Source of the DNA: Nanobdellota archaeon
Lineage (GTDB): Archaea; Nanobdellota; Nanobdellia; Woesearchaeales; GCA-2686295
Assembly (NCBI GenBank): GCA_018817005.1
Contig: JAHIUF010000031.1
Location: 1-63,352, forward strand
DNA: 63,352 bases
Direction: 5' to 3'
This document shows, piece by piece, positions 54,068-63,352 of this stretch. The notes beneath the pieces are model-generated. The model was not told the DNA's origin and ran no database searches. It saw nothing but the letters and a program-made list of their open reading frames with translations. Every line of letters starts with the position of its first letter. Within the stretch, counting starts at the first letter, position 1. The position numbers and the translations under genes are program-made.

Positions 54068-57000
54068 CTAATTATAAGCTTCAATCAACCATTGAGTGGT
54101 AGAATTGGTAGTATAAGTACCATTAAGAAGACTAGTTGGTAAATCAAGCCAGATATACAAGTATTGAGTTGAATTACGAGGAAGGGTTGCACCAGAAATC
54201 AAATTGTTTGAACCAACTTTAAAACCAGCAGAATCAACAGTTGCATTAACAGTGAAATTTCCAAATCCTATTCTGTTAGCTCCAAATGCCAAGTCATAAC
54301 CAGTTATATTTACATAAGTAAAGTTTGCATTTCCTGTGTTGTTTAAAATCTGAGGATCATCTGAAGCATTTAATCCTTGCGTTCCAGGAACTGCAGATGA
54401 AAAACTTATTGAAGCTTTCTCAAGCCTGAATGCATACAAGTAGTTGTAAGTGAAGGTTGTTGTGTCATTATAAGCAGATTCTCCTTCATCATCTTCTATT
54501 GAAACATTTATAGTCCAAGAACCCGGCAAGTCATAATATTGCATGTCAACAGAGCAATTATACGTAACGTTTTCAGAGTCTAAAGTATTGTTAGAACAAG
54601 TTCCAGTTCTTGAAACAGCATCTTTTGTAAAGGAAACAGATGTAGATGTGTGATTGTGGTTACTATCAGTGTCTTGAACAGTGAAGTTAATCTCGACACT
54701 TGTTGTTGTTCCATCTGTTGGATTTTGTGCAGATAATGACTGGACAGAAGTTATTGTTGGTGCTGTGTTTGAAGGTGTCGCTGTTAGCAAGATGTTTATT
54801 TGTTTGCTTTCTGTTAGATTTACATCTCTGCTGTCTGATGTGTATCCGTCCGCGGTTGTGTTTAAGGTGTAGTTTGTTTGGTAAAGTTTGTTAGTATAAT
54901 TTTGTGTGTATTCTGTTAGTGTTTGTCTTGTTATGAATCCTGTTGCAGCTGTTAGTTCTGAGAATATTTCATTATTTGTGTTGTTGTAACCTGTGATGTT
55001 AGCTCCTTCAATAGCACCAGAGCTATTAGAAACATTAACATCTAAATACCATTTAAATACGATTGTAGCACCATTATGTCCGGAACTTAAGCCTGTTTTT
55101 GATTTGTCGTAGGTAACGTTAATAAAGGTGTTTATATCTTCTGGTCCATCAGCATCTGCAATTACTATGTGATATGTTCCTGGCCCGTAAATTTTATCAT
55201 TATAGAATGTGTTATTCTCACTATATTCTATTTTTATATTCCAACAATCTGTTTCTGTACAATTAAATATGTTATTCCTGAAGTTGTTGTTGTTGCAATC
55301 GTCTGCTGATGTGTCTCCTATTAATAGTGTGTTGGTGTTTCCTCCTGATGTAAAGATTATGTTATTTGAGAAATTATTGTTGTCAGCACCTGTTTTCAAA
55401 AATACTGGTCTTGCTTGGTCTGCAGATGCAGTTATATTATTATAATTGAAGTTGTTGTAGTCTACGTCATTCCATAAGTATAATCCATATGAAACCCCTA
55501 AGTCTTGTGATAGTATATTAATTGTGTTGTATTCTATGTTGTTGTGGTAAACCCATTCATACATCATTATTCCATGAGAGAAATGTACTGAGGTTGATTT
55601 TGGTTCTAAATGGTTGTGTGATATGTTTGTGTGGTTAGTTCGTCGTAAGTATATTGCGTATCCACTTCCACCTATTGTTCTTATTGTATTATTATAAACT
55701 AATGTGTTATTATTATATAACAAGTATATTCCTACAGGATAAGTTGTTCCTGCGTTTGTGCTATTAATGCTGAATGAGTTATGTCTTATAATGTTGTTTT
55801 TGGAATATTTTATTGACATTCCATATGGGTAGTTTGCATTTGAGCGTCTTAATATTTGGTTATTTTCTATGGTTAGATTATCATAATTAGTTGAAAACAC
55901 ATTGTTGATGCTGTCTATTTCTCCAAAGTTTCTTATTATGAATCTTGATAGTTTTGTATTGTGAGCAGTTATATTTACTGTATGTTTATTTCCTGTTCCA
56001 TTAATTGTTGGCTTGATTGTTGCGTTGCTTGTTAGGTTTATGGTTTTGTTAATTATTATATCCTCATTGTATGTTTCACTGTCTATAACTCGCACTTCCC
56101 AGTTTTGTGATGCTAAGTTGATACCTTCTTGTATTGTTGTAGCGTTACAGCATCCTCCTGCTTGACATACAACTATCATGTTTCCATATGCTGGACAAGT
56201 AGTTGTTACTGTCACATTATTATTCAAGCTTGTGTCATTTGCAGTGCCATCTGAACATGTTACGTTGTAATAATATGTTCCTGCACTTTGTGTTCCGATG
56301 CTTATGTTGATTGTTAGGTTTCCTCCGTTGGTGGTTGTGGTGTTGCTTCCAGTTAAATCTCCGCTTAGACTACAATTCATTGTTTCTTCTGTGTTGTTAT
56401 CTGTGACATTGATTTTAATTGTTATGCTGTCTGTGTTTGTTGGGCTAGTTGGTGTTGACCAAACACCTGTAATTGTTGGTGTAAGGTTTAGTTGTGTTAG
56501 TACAATATCAATCTGCATGCTGTTTGTTAGGTTTACTTGTCTTGAGTCATTCACATAATTGTTTGCTGTTGTGTTTATGGTGTAGTTCGTTTCATAGTAT
56601 TTACCTGTGTAGTTTTGTACATACTCTGTTAATGTTTGTCTTACAATGAATCCCGTATCTGTTGTTAATTCTGAGAATACTTCATTGTTTGTATTGTTAT
56701 AACCAGTGACATTAGCGTTTTCAACAGCACCAGAAACATCAGTTACATTCACGTCTAAGTACCATTGGACATATATTTTTGACGCTGCGTTTGAAAAGTT
56801 AACTTTTGTTTTGTTAAATGTGTTGTTTATAATATAATTTCGTCCCGTGCTTTCACTATAAATATCATATGTATTTATGTCATTGGCTTTTAAGAAGTTG
56901 TTTATCAACACATTATCAAAAGCAGTTGTGAATCTTATAGGTGTTGAATGTACTAAGTCTTGTATTGGTCTATAAGTTGTTATGTTGTTATTTGTTAAGG

Positions 57001-60000
57001 TATTATTATCGCTGATTCTTATTTGCACAGCAGGTGATCTGTAAGAATAAACTTTTATTGTGTTATTAATTATTTTATTGAAATAATTGTTTTGTTCTAA
57101 ATATATTCCACGCGAATAAAGTGATGCTTCAAGTGTTATGTTATTATTGGAAATATTATTGTAATTAGATGCTTGTAATCTTATCATGTCATTCCATCCA
57201 TAATTGGTTGATGAGTTGAAATTATTGCTATCAATTGATGTGTTGTGTGTGTAATAAAGTCTTAATCCTCTTAAATCAAAGGTGTTGTTTGTGATTGTAA
57301 CATTATTTGACCATGCTAAGTACATTATACCAATATCAAGTGTGTTCTTTATTGTTGTGTCTTGCTCGTTGAAATAATAGTATATTGTTTTGTTATTAAT
57401 CTTGTTTGTAGTATCTATTGATTGATTGAAATGATCTTTTGTAGAGCCTGCTATGTTTATATCATAGTAAGTGGTTGGATTAAGCAAATTGTTTTTAAGA
57501 GTTTGACCTGCTGATGAAGAGATACTTATGGCCATGCCTGATGTTGTTGTTATGTTGTTATAACTTATATAGTTATTTAAGGAATCAACTTCTATTGTTA
57601 TACCATTAGTCCCATCGTTTCCAGTACTGACAGTTATTATGTTGTTACTTAAATTATTGTTGCTTGCAGTTCTAAGATATATTCCTGGACTGTAATGTCT
57701 AGTTGTAATTATTCTGTTGTTTATTATTGTGTTGTTATTTGCATTATCCCTCAATGCTATTCCATAGTTTCTATCACCGCTTCCCAAAGTTGGATTCATA
57801 GTTACATTGTTTCCTGTTATGTTGTTGAAGTATCCTCCATATATGTATACTCCATAAGTAAAATATGTTACAGAATTAATTCTGTTGTTTTTAACTAAGG
57901 AATTATTTGTGCCAATGTATAATCCACGATGCATCACTGGTTCAGTACTATCACCATAGTATCCTAGATATGTTATGTCTGTGTTTTCTATTCTTAAACT
58001 ACTTCCAGCAAAGTTCCACCATTCATAGTTTGTTGTTCCGTTCTTATATCCTGATGTGATGTTGCTGTTGTTTATGTTTAGTGTTCCGGTATTGTTTATC
58101 ACAAACTCTCCATTGGTTGATGAGTTCATAATTAAAGTTATGTTATCTAATGTTAAACTACCAGTGATTGTAACATTTCCGTTCATGGTTATTGTTTGGT
58201 CAGAGCAAGATTCTGTTGAGGTTACATCCCAATTACCGCTAACAGGAGCATTACATAAATCTCCTGTTGTTGTTACTGTCACATTATTATTCAAGCTTGT
58301 GTCATTTGCAGTGCCATCTGAACATGTTATGTTGTAATAATGTGTTCCTGCGCTTTGTGTTCCTATGCTTATGTTTATTGTTAGGTTTTCTCCGTTGGTG
58401 GTTGTGGTGTTGCTTCCAGTTAAATCTCCACTTAGGCTACAGTTCATTGTTTGCCCACTATTGCTATCCGAAACATTAATCTTAATAGTTATACTATCAG
58501 TTTCTGTTGGACTTGCAGGAGTTGACCAAACACTTGATATAACGGGTGCTGTGTTTGATGGGGATTCAATAGTATAACTTATAAAACTGTTATAATCAGG
58601 AGTCAAGTCATACCTATTAATATATGATCCTGTTTCAAAGGTCAGGTTTATGTTATCATCAGAAGATATATCTAAGTCTGACAAAGTCACACTTATTTCT
58701 ACTAATGAGTCATTGGTTGCAGCAGTAGCGTTTGCAACGTAATCATCTGAGCTGTTGTATATTCTCCATAATGTTGAATTAAAGGCTTCTATCATGTAGT
58801 CATATTTGAATGGAAGTGCTAGGTTGGAATCAGGTGTTATGTTTGTTCCTGTGCTGTCATCATTACTTATAAAAACTCTGTGGTGTCTGATATTAGAACT
58901 GTTGTAGTCAAAGCTGTTGTTCAACTCCATCATTATAAACAAGTTGTTTTGATTATTAGCAAGACCGATTGTTTTAATGTCAAAATTGTCTTTTATCAGG
59001 TCTAGTCTGTTGTACGTGAGGTTATAAGGTGCAGCACTGCCTTGGGTAACAACATAATCAATTTGCTTGTCATTTCTTAGTTTCTCAGGCCATGTTGCGA
59101 AAGCCGGTCTTAAACCAGAATAAATTGCTCCTGTGATTAGCTGCACTTCAGTTTCCCATATTGCTGTCGCATTATCATATTTTCTATAGTAAATGTTGTC
59201 TCCTTTTTTATACATTGCATAAATATTGTCTTCTATGTCTGCTGATATCCAAAAAGTGTTATAATATACTCCCCCACCGCCTGTGCCGAAGTCTAATTCG
59301 CTTAAGTTAAGGCCTTTTTCCCATGTTCCATTGAAGTATCGCTTGCTGTATCTCAGGGTTGCTATATCTCCTATGTCTTCATCCTGATAATATAGTATGT
59401 GGGCTGTTTTCTGGCTGTCAACCACAATTGAATTATCACTAGTTGCTTGGTCTAATTGCGTCTGGTCGCCTGCCCATTCTGCCGCGTTCCATGTTCCGGA
59501 GCTTGCGTTCCTAAAACGGTATGCAATGGTCGCATCAGAGTCAGCATCAATATCCCTATAAGAAATATGAACATTGTTATCCCTGTCAATAACTAAATTT
59601 TGATTTGCAATAAATGAGTTTCCGCTCAACGAATCTAAAGCACTCCATGTGCCACTGCTGAGATTATAATATCTGTATCCTATTTTCCATAAACCTCCAG
59701 CTCTGTCGGAGTAACTAACATGCAAGTTATCATTGCTATCTATTCCAATTGATGGAACACTTTCTCTATCTGCAACAATCATATCAGGCATTGCCTGCTC
59801 ACCCTTCCAAGTACTTGCGCTTGAGTTATAAAAATTATAGTAAACATCATCAGGATAGGTTTGTCCTGTATTAGCTGCATCACTCCAAAAAACCCAGATG
59901 TTTTCTTGGCTGTCAATAACTATGGTCTGGGTACTTGCAGAATTTACACTCAAATCAAGTTCACTTATCATTTCAAAAGTCCAGGTGTTTCCTTCATCAG

Positions 60001-63000
60001 CTGATGTTGCAACATAAGAACTATAGTTCGCGGCAGATCCCAAAGGAACATCTCTGGTAAAAGTTATCTTGATATTGCCTTCCAAGTCTCTTGTTATGCC
60101 TCTTTTTGAACTAGTAGTAATAGCACTATAATATGAGTTATTGACAAATACCAGTTCAGCGAATTTACTTCCTGCTCCATCACCCTCAAGGTCAGTAACA
60201 TTCTTCACATCGCCCCAATCAGCAAAGTTTCCATCTATTGCAATTTCATCACTTTCAGTTAAATTTAGGTAAGGTGCAAACCATGTTTCCTGAGAATTAT
60301 CAATCTCTCCTATAGAGTTATTAACCCATATTGTTATGATGTAAGTTCCTGTTGGGTAAAATTGTGCAGTAACAGTGTCGTTCCAATAAATATCTCCGCT
60401 GCCACCATTTGTTAAGGTTGCATTCTGCCAGCTTGTTTCATTTGGATAATATATTTGGGCGATAACAGTGTCAACGCTGCCTGACAAGGTTGTTATGTTG
60501 GCTGTTATGTTAACATTTGTCCCATTCAGTATTTTTTGAGGAGCAGCATTTGCGTCTGACACAACTAAAGAACTCTGAATAATAATACTTGAATTCAACC
60601 AAGAACTATTAAATATTCCATCGTTTGCTAAGCAGCTTAGGGTCCAGTTTTCTCCGGCACTAGTTAAAGAGTCACTAACATTGGCCACATTAACTTCTAC
60701 TCCTTGTGTGTAGTTGTCCCCAGAGTTGTTTGCCCAACCACTTGAATTCAATGTGTTGTCTTTATACCATTTATAATAATAACTAACATCATCTCCATCA
60801 GCGTCTGTTGCGTTACAATAACCAACCAGCGTATCATTAATGTATGCTGTTGTTGGACTTATCCTTGAACTGTTCATTACAGGAGCATAGTTTGTAGTGT
60901 AGTTTATCTCACACCATATCTTATCAATCCAAACAGCATCATTTGGTGCTCCAGGGTCAAGGTTAACAATCCTGATATGCAGGTTGTTGACGTCTGTTGT
61001 TTGGAAGTCAGGGTCTGTTTGTAAGTCTGTAGCGCTTACAATAGTATCAGGACCTGATTCATCAGCAGGCATGCTGACAGTAGAGCCAAGCTGGTTTCCG
61101 CTTCTGTCATCATAAACATAAAAGTTACCGCAGGGGTTAGGTGCTCCGCCTTCATTTATGTACTCAACAAAACATGACAAGTTATTAACAGTCGAAATGA
61201 AATTTGAAACATCGCTTAGTTCAACAATTAACTCTTCACTCCTATCTGGACAGCCGGCATCCCAACTGTCTGTTCGTGAATCATCACTTACAGTTATTAA
61301 AGCAACACCTGTGGATGTCAATGCACTAGCAAGAGGGCATTGTGAGTCTATATCTACAATTGGTAGGAGTGTTTCTATGATTGGCGCATCGCTTGCTATT
61401 TGCCATTGTCTTGCTTCTGTCCATTCACCAATTTCAAGAGCGCCTAATATGTAGAATTCTGGGCTTTTGTCTGGTGCATCAAACTCATAGTTTATTTCAT
61501 ATGTTTCTCCTTTCTTAAGCTGTTTGTTCCAAGTAAGTTTTTTTGTGTCTCCGACAGTTGTTATGCTTAAGTCTTGTTGTGGTGTTATTTCAAAGTTTGC
61601 TGGTACATACTCTGTTATTTCTCCGTTATGATTCTTATTTGCTTTTATTGTGAAATTAATCATATACTTTGCTGGTGGATATATTCTTGTTGGTCCTTTT
61701 CTTACAACATCATAATCTGGTTTTTCTTCTACTTGGAAGTTGTCTGTTATATTTCTTTCACCATTTCTTGTCAAGGCAGTTAGAATCATTTCATATAATC
61801 CTGTGTTGGTTGTATTGTAATAAGTGTAGTAATCGGGCATATTTGTAACTCCGTAATATTCACATTCTGGACTTATAATTATGCTTTCTTCAGAAGTCGA
61901 TAATGTTATTGTTTCATTGTCAGGACTTGTTATTTCTAACAATACTTCTGCGTCACAAACCATTCTTCCTTCATCGTCTAATACGGCTATTCCTATGTTT
62001 GCAGTTTCATTTTCAAGATAGATGCTTTTGTGTGTGTTTATTGCTAGTACTCCCCATGTGAAGTCTTGCTCTACAATGTATGTTTCACCATCTTTTATTA
62101 ACTCTATTTTTAGTGTGTATTTTCCTGGTTTAAAACTTCGTTGTGTTGGTATCTCGATTCTGAACTTTCCTTCTCTGTCTCTGATTATTTCTGGTTGTAA
62201 ACTTATTTTGTGTCCTTTTTTACTGTAAATTTCTATAGTTACTTCTTGTTTTTCATCAATATATTTTTCTTTGTGTTTTTCAAGGTCTATTTTTAGGTCT
62301 TTGTCTTTTATTTTTTCATATTCTGCTTTGTTTATATATTCATATTCAAACTCTGGTTTTTCTTTTAAGCTAAAGTGTTTCTTGCTTGTTATCTTCGGAG
62401 TTATGTTTATGGTTTCATTCAATAACTCTTCTTGTTCTTCAGCTAGAACTTCTATGTTAAATTCATTGCTTCTTACAAGTTCTTCTCCGTCTGTTGCATA
62501 CACATACATTGAGTAGTTTCCGGTGTTGTTTGATGTGAATGTTATCATATTTTCTTCCACTATTGTTTTTATTTCTGCAACTTCTTTTGCATCATAAGTT
62601 AATTTATCGCCGTCAGAATCGTAGAAGTACTCTGATAAGTTTATCGTATAATTGTTATTTGTTATGAATATATCTGATATTTCTTTTATTTGTTGTGGTG
62701 CATTATTTTCTATAAGTATTTGATAGGTTATGTTGTTTAGTATTACCGTTGCATTTTCTACTTCAATTATTATGGTGATATTTGCGCCAATGTTTTCTAG
62801 GAGGCAGGTTTCTTTGCATTCTTTATTAAAAATTATTATTGTTTGCGCTTCTATTAAGGTTTCATTTATTATTTCTGTATGATTTGTCTCACTAATATTC
62901 AAGATTATTGAGTCAGTAATTATTTGTGTTTCATTTTCTTCACTGATATTTATTATAATTGTTGTATTTGAAGTTTCATTAAAAGTTATGTTTTGATAAC

Positions 63001-63352
63001 TAATATTAGTGGTTATAATCTCTGTAAAGTTTTCCAATATTTGCTGTGTTATATTTAAACTTGCGTTTATAGAAATATTTGAGGTTATGTTTTGAGATAC
63101 ACTTTCTATTGTGATATTTATTGTTTGATTAATGGTTTCATTCAAAACTATTGTTAAATTTTCTGAGGTTTTATTTGTTTCATTAATAATTATTGTTTTG
63201 TTAATAGTTATAGTTTCATTTTCGATTGTTTCATTGAAATCTTCTGATACATTTATGGTAAGATTAATTGTTGTTGTGTTTAATGTTTGGTTTGTCTCAA
63301 TCACTTCTTGAGTTATATTTTTCAAATCGCTTTCATTTATTAACTCATCAAA
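54068..63352 (-). CDS. Giant surface protein (over 3094 aa, 5'-truncated by the window edge)
   Basis: Single uninterrupted frame. The frame stays open for the 9 codons between the tracked TTG at 63325 and the window end, and the visible N-terminus has no signal peptide. Domain order: N-x-S/T-rich region, cadherin-like segment, Asp-box beta-propeller, then two [Ig-like, parallel beta-helix, CarboxypepD_reg-like] modules, then a C-terminal two-domain module. Asp box SADEGNTW lies at 59981-60004. The beta-helix regions show PbH1-like repeats with recurring N(N/I)xI motifs. N-x-S/T sequons are very dense throughout. Confidence 0.85.
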   Translation of the reverse strand, partial: FDELINESDLKNITQEVIETNQTLNTTTINLTINVSEDFNETIENETITINKTIIINETNKTSENLTIVLNETINQTINITIESVSQNITSNISINASLNITQQILENFTEIITTNISYQNITFNETSNTTIIINISEENETQIITDSIILNISETNHTEIINETLIEAQTIIIFNKECKETCLLENIGANITIIIEVENATVILNNITYQILIENNAPQQIKEISDIFITNNNYTINLSEYFYDSDGDKLTYDAKEVAEIKTIVEENMITFTSNNTGNYSMYVYATDGEELVRSNEFNIEVLAEEQEELLNETINITPKITSKKHFSLKEKPEFEYEYINKAEYEKIKDKDLKIDLEKHKEKYIDEKQEVTIEIYSKKGHKISLQPEIIRDREGKFRIEIPTQRSFKPGKYTLKIELIKDGETYIVEQDFTWGVLAINTHKSIYLENETANIGIAVLDDEGRMVCDAEVLLEITSPDNETITLSTSEESIIISPECEYYGVTNMPDYYTYYNTTNTGLYEMILTALTRNGERNITDNFQVEEKPDYDVVRKGPTRIYPPAKYMINFTIKANKNHNGEITEYVPANFEITPQQDLSITTVGDTKKLTWNKQLKKGETYEINYEFDAPDKSPEFYILGALEIGEWTEARQWQIASDAPIIETLLPIVDIDSQCPLASALTSTGVALITVSDDSRTDSWDAGCPDRSEELIVELSDVSNFISTVNNLSCFVEYINEGGAPNPCGNFYVYDDRSGNQLGSTVSMPADESGPDTIVSATDLQTDPDFQTTDVNNLHIRIVNLDPGAPNDAVWIDKIWCEINYTTNYAPVMNSSRISPTTAYINDTLVGYCNATDADGDDVSYYYKWYKDNTLNSSGWANNSGDNYTQGVEVNVANVSDSLTSAGENWTLSCLANDGIFNSSWLNSSIIIQSSLVVSDANAAPQKILNGTNVNITANITTLSGSVDTVIAQIYYPNETSWQNATLTNGGSGDIYWNDTVTAQFYPTGTYIITIWVNNSIGEIDNSQETWFAPYLNLTESDEIAIDGNFADWGDVKNVTDLEGDGAGSKFAELVFVNNSYYSAITTSSKRGITRDLEGNIKITFTRDVPLGSAANYSSYVATSADEGNTWTFEMISELDLSVNSASTQTIVIDSQENIWVFWSDAANTGQTYPDDVYYNFYNSSASTWKGEQAMPDMIVADRESVPSIGIDSNDNLHVSYSDRAGGLWKIGYRYYNLSSGTWSALDSLSGNSFIANQNLVIDRDNNVHISYRDIDADSDATIAYRFRNASSGTWNAAEWAGDQTQLDQATSDNSIVVDSQKTAHILYYQDEDIGDIATLRYSKRYFNGTWEKGLNLSELDFGTGGGGVYYNTFWISADIEDNIYAMYKKGDNIYYRKYDNATAIWETEVQLITGAIYSGLRPAFATWPEKLRNDKQIDYVVTQGSAAPYNLTYNRLDLIKDNFDIKTIGLANNQNNLFIMMELNNSFDYNSSNIRHHRVFISNDDSTGTNITPDSNLALPFKYDYMIEAFNSTLWRIYNSSDDYVANATAATNDSLVEISVTLSDLDISSDDNINLTFETGSYINRYDLTPDYNSFISYTIESPSNTAPVISSVWSTPASPTETDSITIKINVSDSNSGQTMNCSLSGDLTGSNTTTTNGENLTINISIGTQSAGTHYYNITCSDGTANDTSLNNNVTVTTTGDLCNAPVSGNWDVTSTESCSDQTITMNGNVTITGSLTLDNITLIMNSSTNGEFVINNTGTLNINNSNITSGYKNGTTNYEWWNFAGSSLRIENTDITYLGYYGDSTEPVMHRGLYIGTNNSLVKNNRINSVTYFTYGVYIYGGYFNNITGNNVTMNPTLGSGDRNYGIALRDNANNNTIINNRIITTRHYSPGIYLRTASNNNLSNNIITVSTGNDGTNGITIEVDSLNNYISYNNITTTSGMAISISSSAGQTLKNNLLNPTTYYDINIAGSTKDHFNQSIDTTNKINNKTIYYYFNEQDTTIKNTLDIGIMYLAWSNNVTITNNTFDLRGLRLYYTHNTSIDSNNFNSSTNYGWNDMIRLQASNYNNISNNNITLEASLYSRGIYLEQNNYFNKIINNTIKVYSYRSPAVQIRISDNNTLTNNNITTYRPIQDLVHSTPIRFTTAFDNVLINNFLKANDINTYDIYSESTGRNYIINNTFNKTKVNFSNAASKIYVQWYLDVNVTDVSGAVENANVTGYNNTNNEVFSELTTDTGFIVRQTLTEYVQNYTGKYYETNYTINTTANNYVNDSRQVNLTNSMQIDIVLTQLNLTPTITGVWSTPTSPTNTDSITIKINVTDNNTEETMNCSLSGDLTGSNTTTTNGGNLTINISIGTQSAGTYYYNVTCSDGTANDTSLNNNVTVTTTCPAYGNMIVVCQAGGCCNATTIQEGINLASQNWEVRVIDSETYNEDIIINKTINLTSNATIKPTINGTGNKHTVNITAHNTKLSRFIIRNFGEIDSINNVFSTNYDNLTIENNQILRRSNANYPYGMSIKYSKNNIIRHNSFSINSTNAGTTYPVGIYLLYNNNTLVYNNTIRTIGGSGYAIYLRRTNHTNISHNHLEPKSTSVHFSHGIMMYEWVYHNNIEYNTINILSQDLGVSYGLYLWNDVDYNNFNYNNITASADQARPVFLKTGADNNNFSNNIIFTSGGNTNTLLIGDTSADDCNNNNFRNNIFNCTETDCWNIKIEYSENNTFYNDKIYGPGTYHIVIADADGPEDINTFINVTYDKSKTGLSSGHNGATIVFKWYLDVNVSNSSGAIEGANITGYNNTNNEIFSELTAATGFITRQTLTEYTQNYTNKLYQTNYTLNTTADGYTSDSRDVNLTESKQINILLTATPSNTAPTITSVQSLSAQNPTDGTTTSVEINFTVQDTDSNHNHTSTSVSFTKDAVSRTGTCSNNTLDSENVTYNCSVDMQYYDLPGSWTINVSIEDDEGESAYNDTTTFTYNYLYAFRLEKASISFSSAVPGTQGLNASDDPQILNNTGNANFTYVNITGYDLAFGANRIGFGNFTVNATVDSAGFKVGSNNLISGATLPRNSTQYLYIWLDLPTSLLNGTYTTNSTTQWLIEAYN
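56202..56475. repeat. Intragenic repeat copy A (Ig-like module) within the giant ORF
   Basis: Aligns without gaps to 58269-58542 (offset 2067 nt), with roughly nine in ten identical positions by eye. Confidence 0.85.
58269..58542. repeat. Intragenic repeat copy B (Ig-like module) within the giant ORF
   Basis: Partner of 56202-56475. Encodes ...VWSTPxSPTxTDSITIKINV...MNCSLSGDLTGSNTTTTNG.NLTINISIGTQSAGT.YYN.TCSDGTANDTSLNNNVTVTTT. Confidence 0.85.

Noticed and set aside
54681-62516. Numerous 60-110-aa plus-strand ORFs inside the giant gene (e.g. 56298-56558, 58056-58337, 61158-61454).
   Set aside because: They are antisense shadows of a long, repeat-rich, AT-biased coding frame. Their products are low-complexity Leu/Phe/Val/Ser-rich peptides with no start-site signals.

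Overview
AT-rich, gene-dense window that reads as archaeal. Evidence: TATA boxes centred about 27 nt upstream of many start codons, two intron-containing tRNAs, HerA-Mre11, Taw3, an Lrp/AsnC regulator, and a FlaI/FlaJ-type ATPase plus platform. By inference it fits a small-genome DPANN-like archaeon carrying some bacterial-type genes, such as a long GAD-domain AspRS and GatCAB.

Gene order:
- tRNA-Thr preceded by tRNA-derived repeats
- XPB-like helicase
- archaeal-type signal peptidase
- PadR-controlled MacB/FtsX-type ABC export operon
- AI-2E permease behind a tandemly duplicated terminator/promoter module
- radical SAM protein, glnA and Lrp
- ~9 kb glycogen island: debranching enzyme, sugar-1-P nucleotidyltransferase, GalT/HIT-like enzyme, eukaryote-type GT3 glycogen synthase, GH57, second GT-B synthase
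- ArsR-like plus TRASH genes
- beta-propeller, KaiC-like, HerA and Mre11 block
- corA, LOG-like and taw3
- aminoacyl-tRNA island: asnS, aspS, TtuA-like, gatB-gatC-gatA
- ~22 kb cell-surface supercluster at the 3' end

The supercluster holds three tandem paralogous membrane proteins, two coiled-coil proteins, and a FlaI-like ATPase with a FlaJ/TadC-like platform but no recognisable pilin or prepilin peptidase. It also holds tRNA-Phe, an OB-fold protein, and two single-pass membrane proteins with a recurrent uncharacterised cytoplasmic domain (five copies in the window). A 293-aa paralogue of the giant protein's C-terminus follows, then a beta-helix/propeller surface protein of more than 3094 aa whose ORF runs off the window edge.

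I consider this supercluster and the recurrent domain the best candidates for an undescribed system. All functional calls rest on motifs read by eye; no database search was run.
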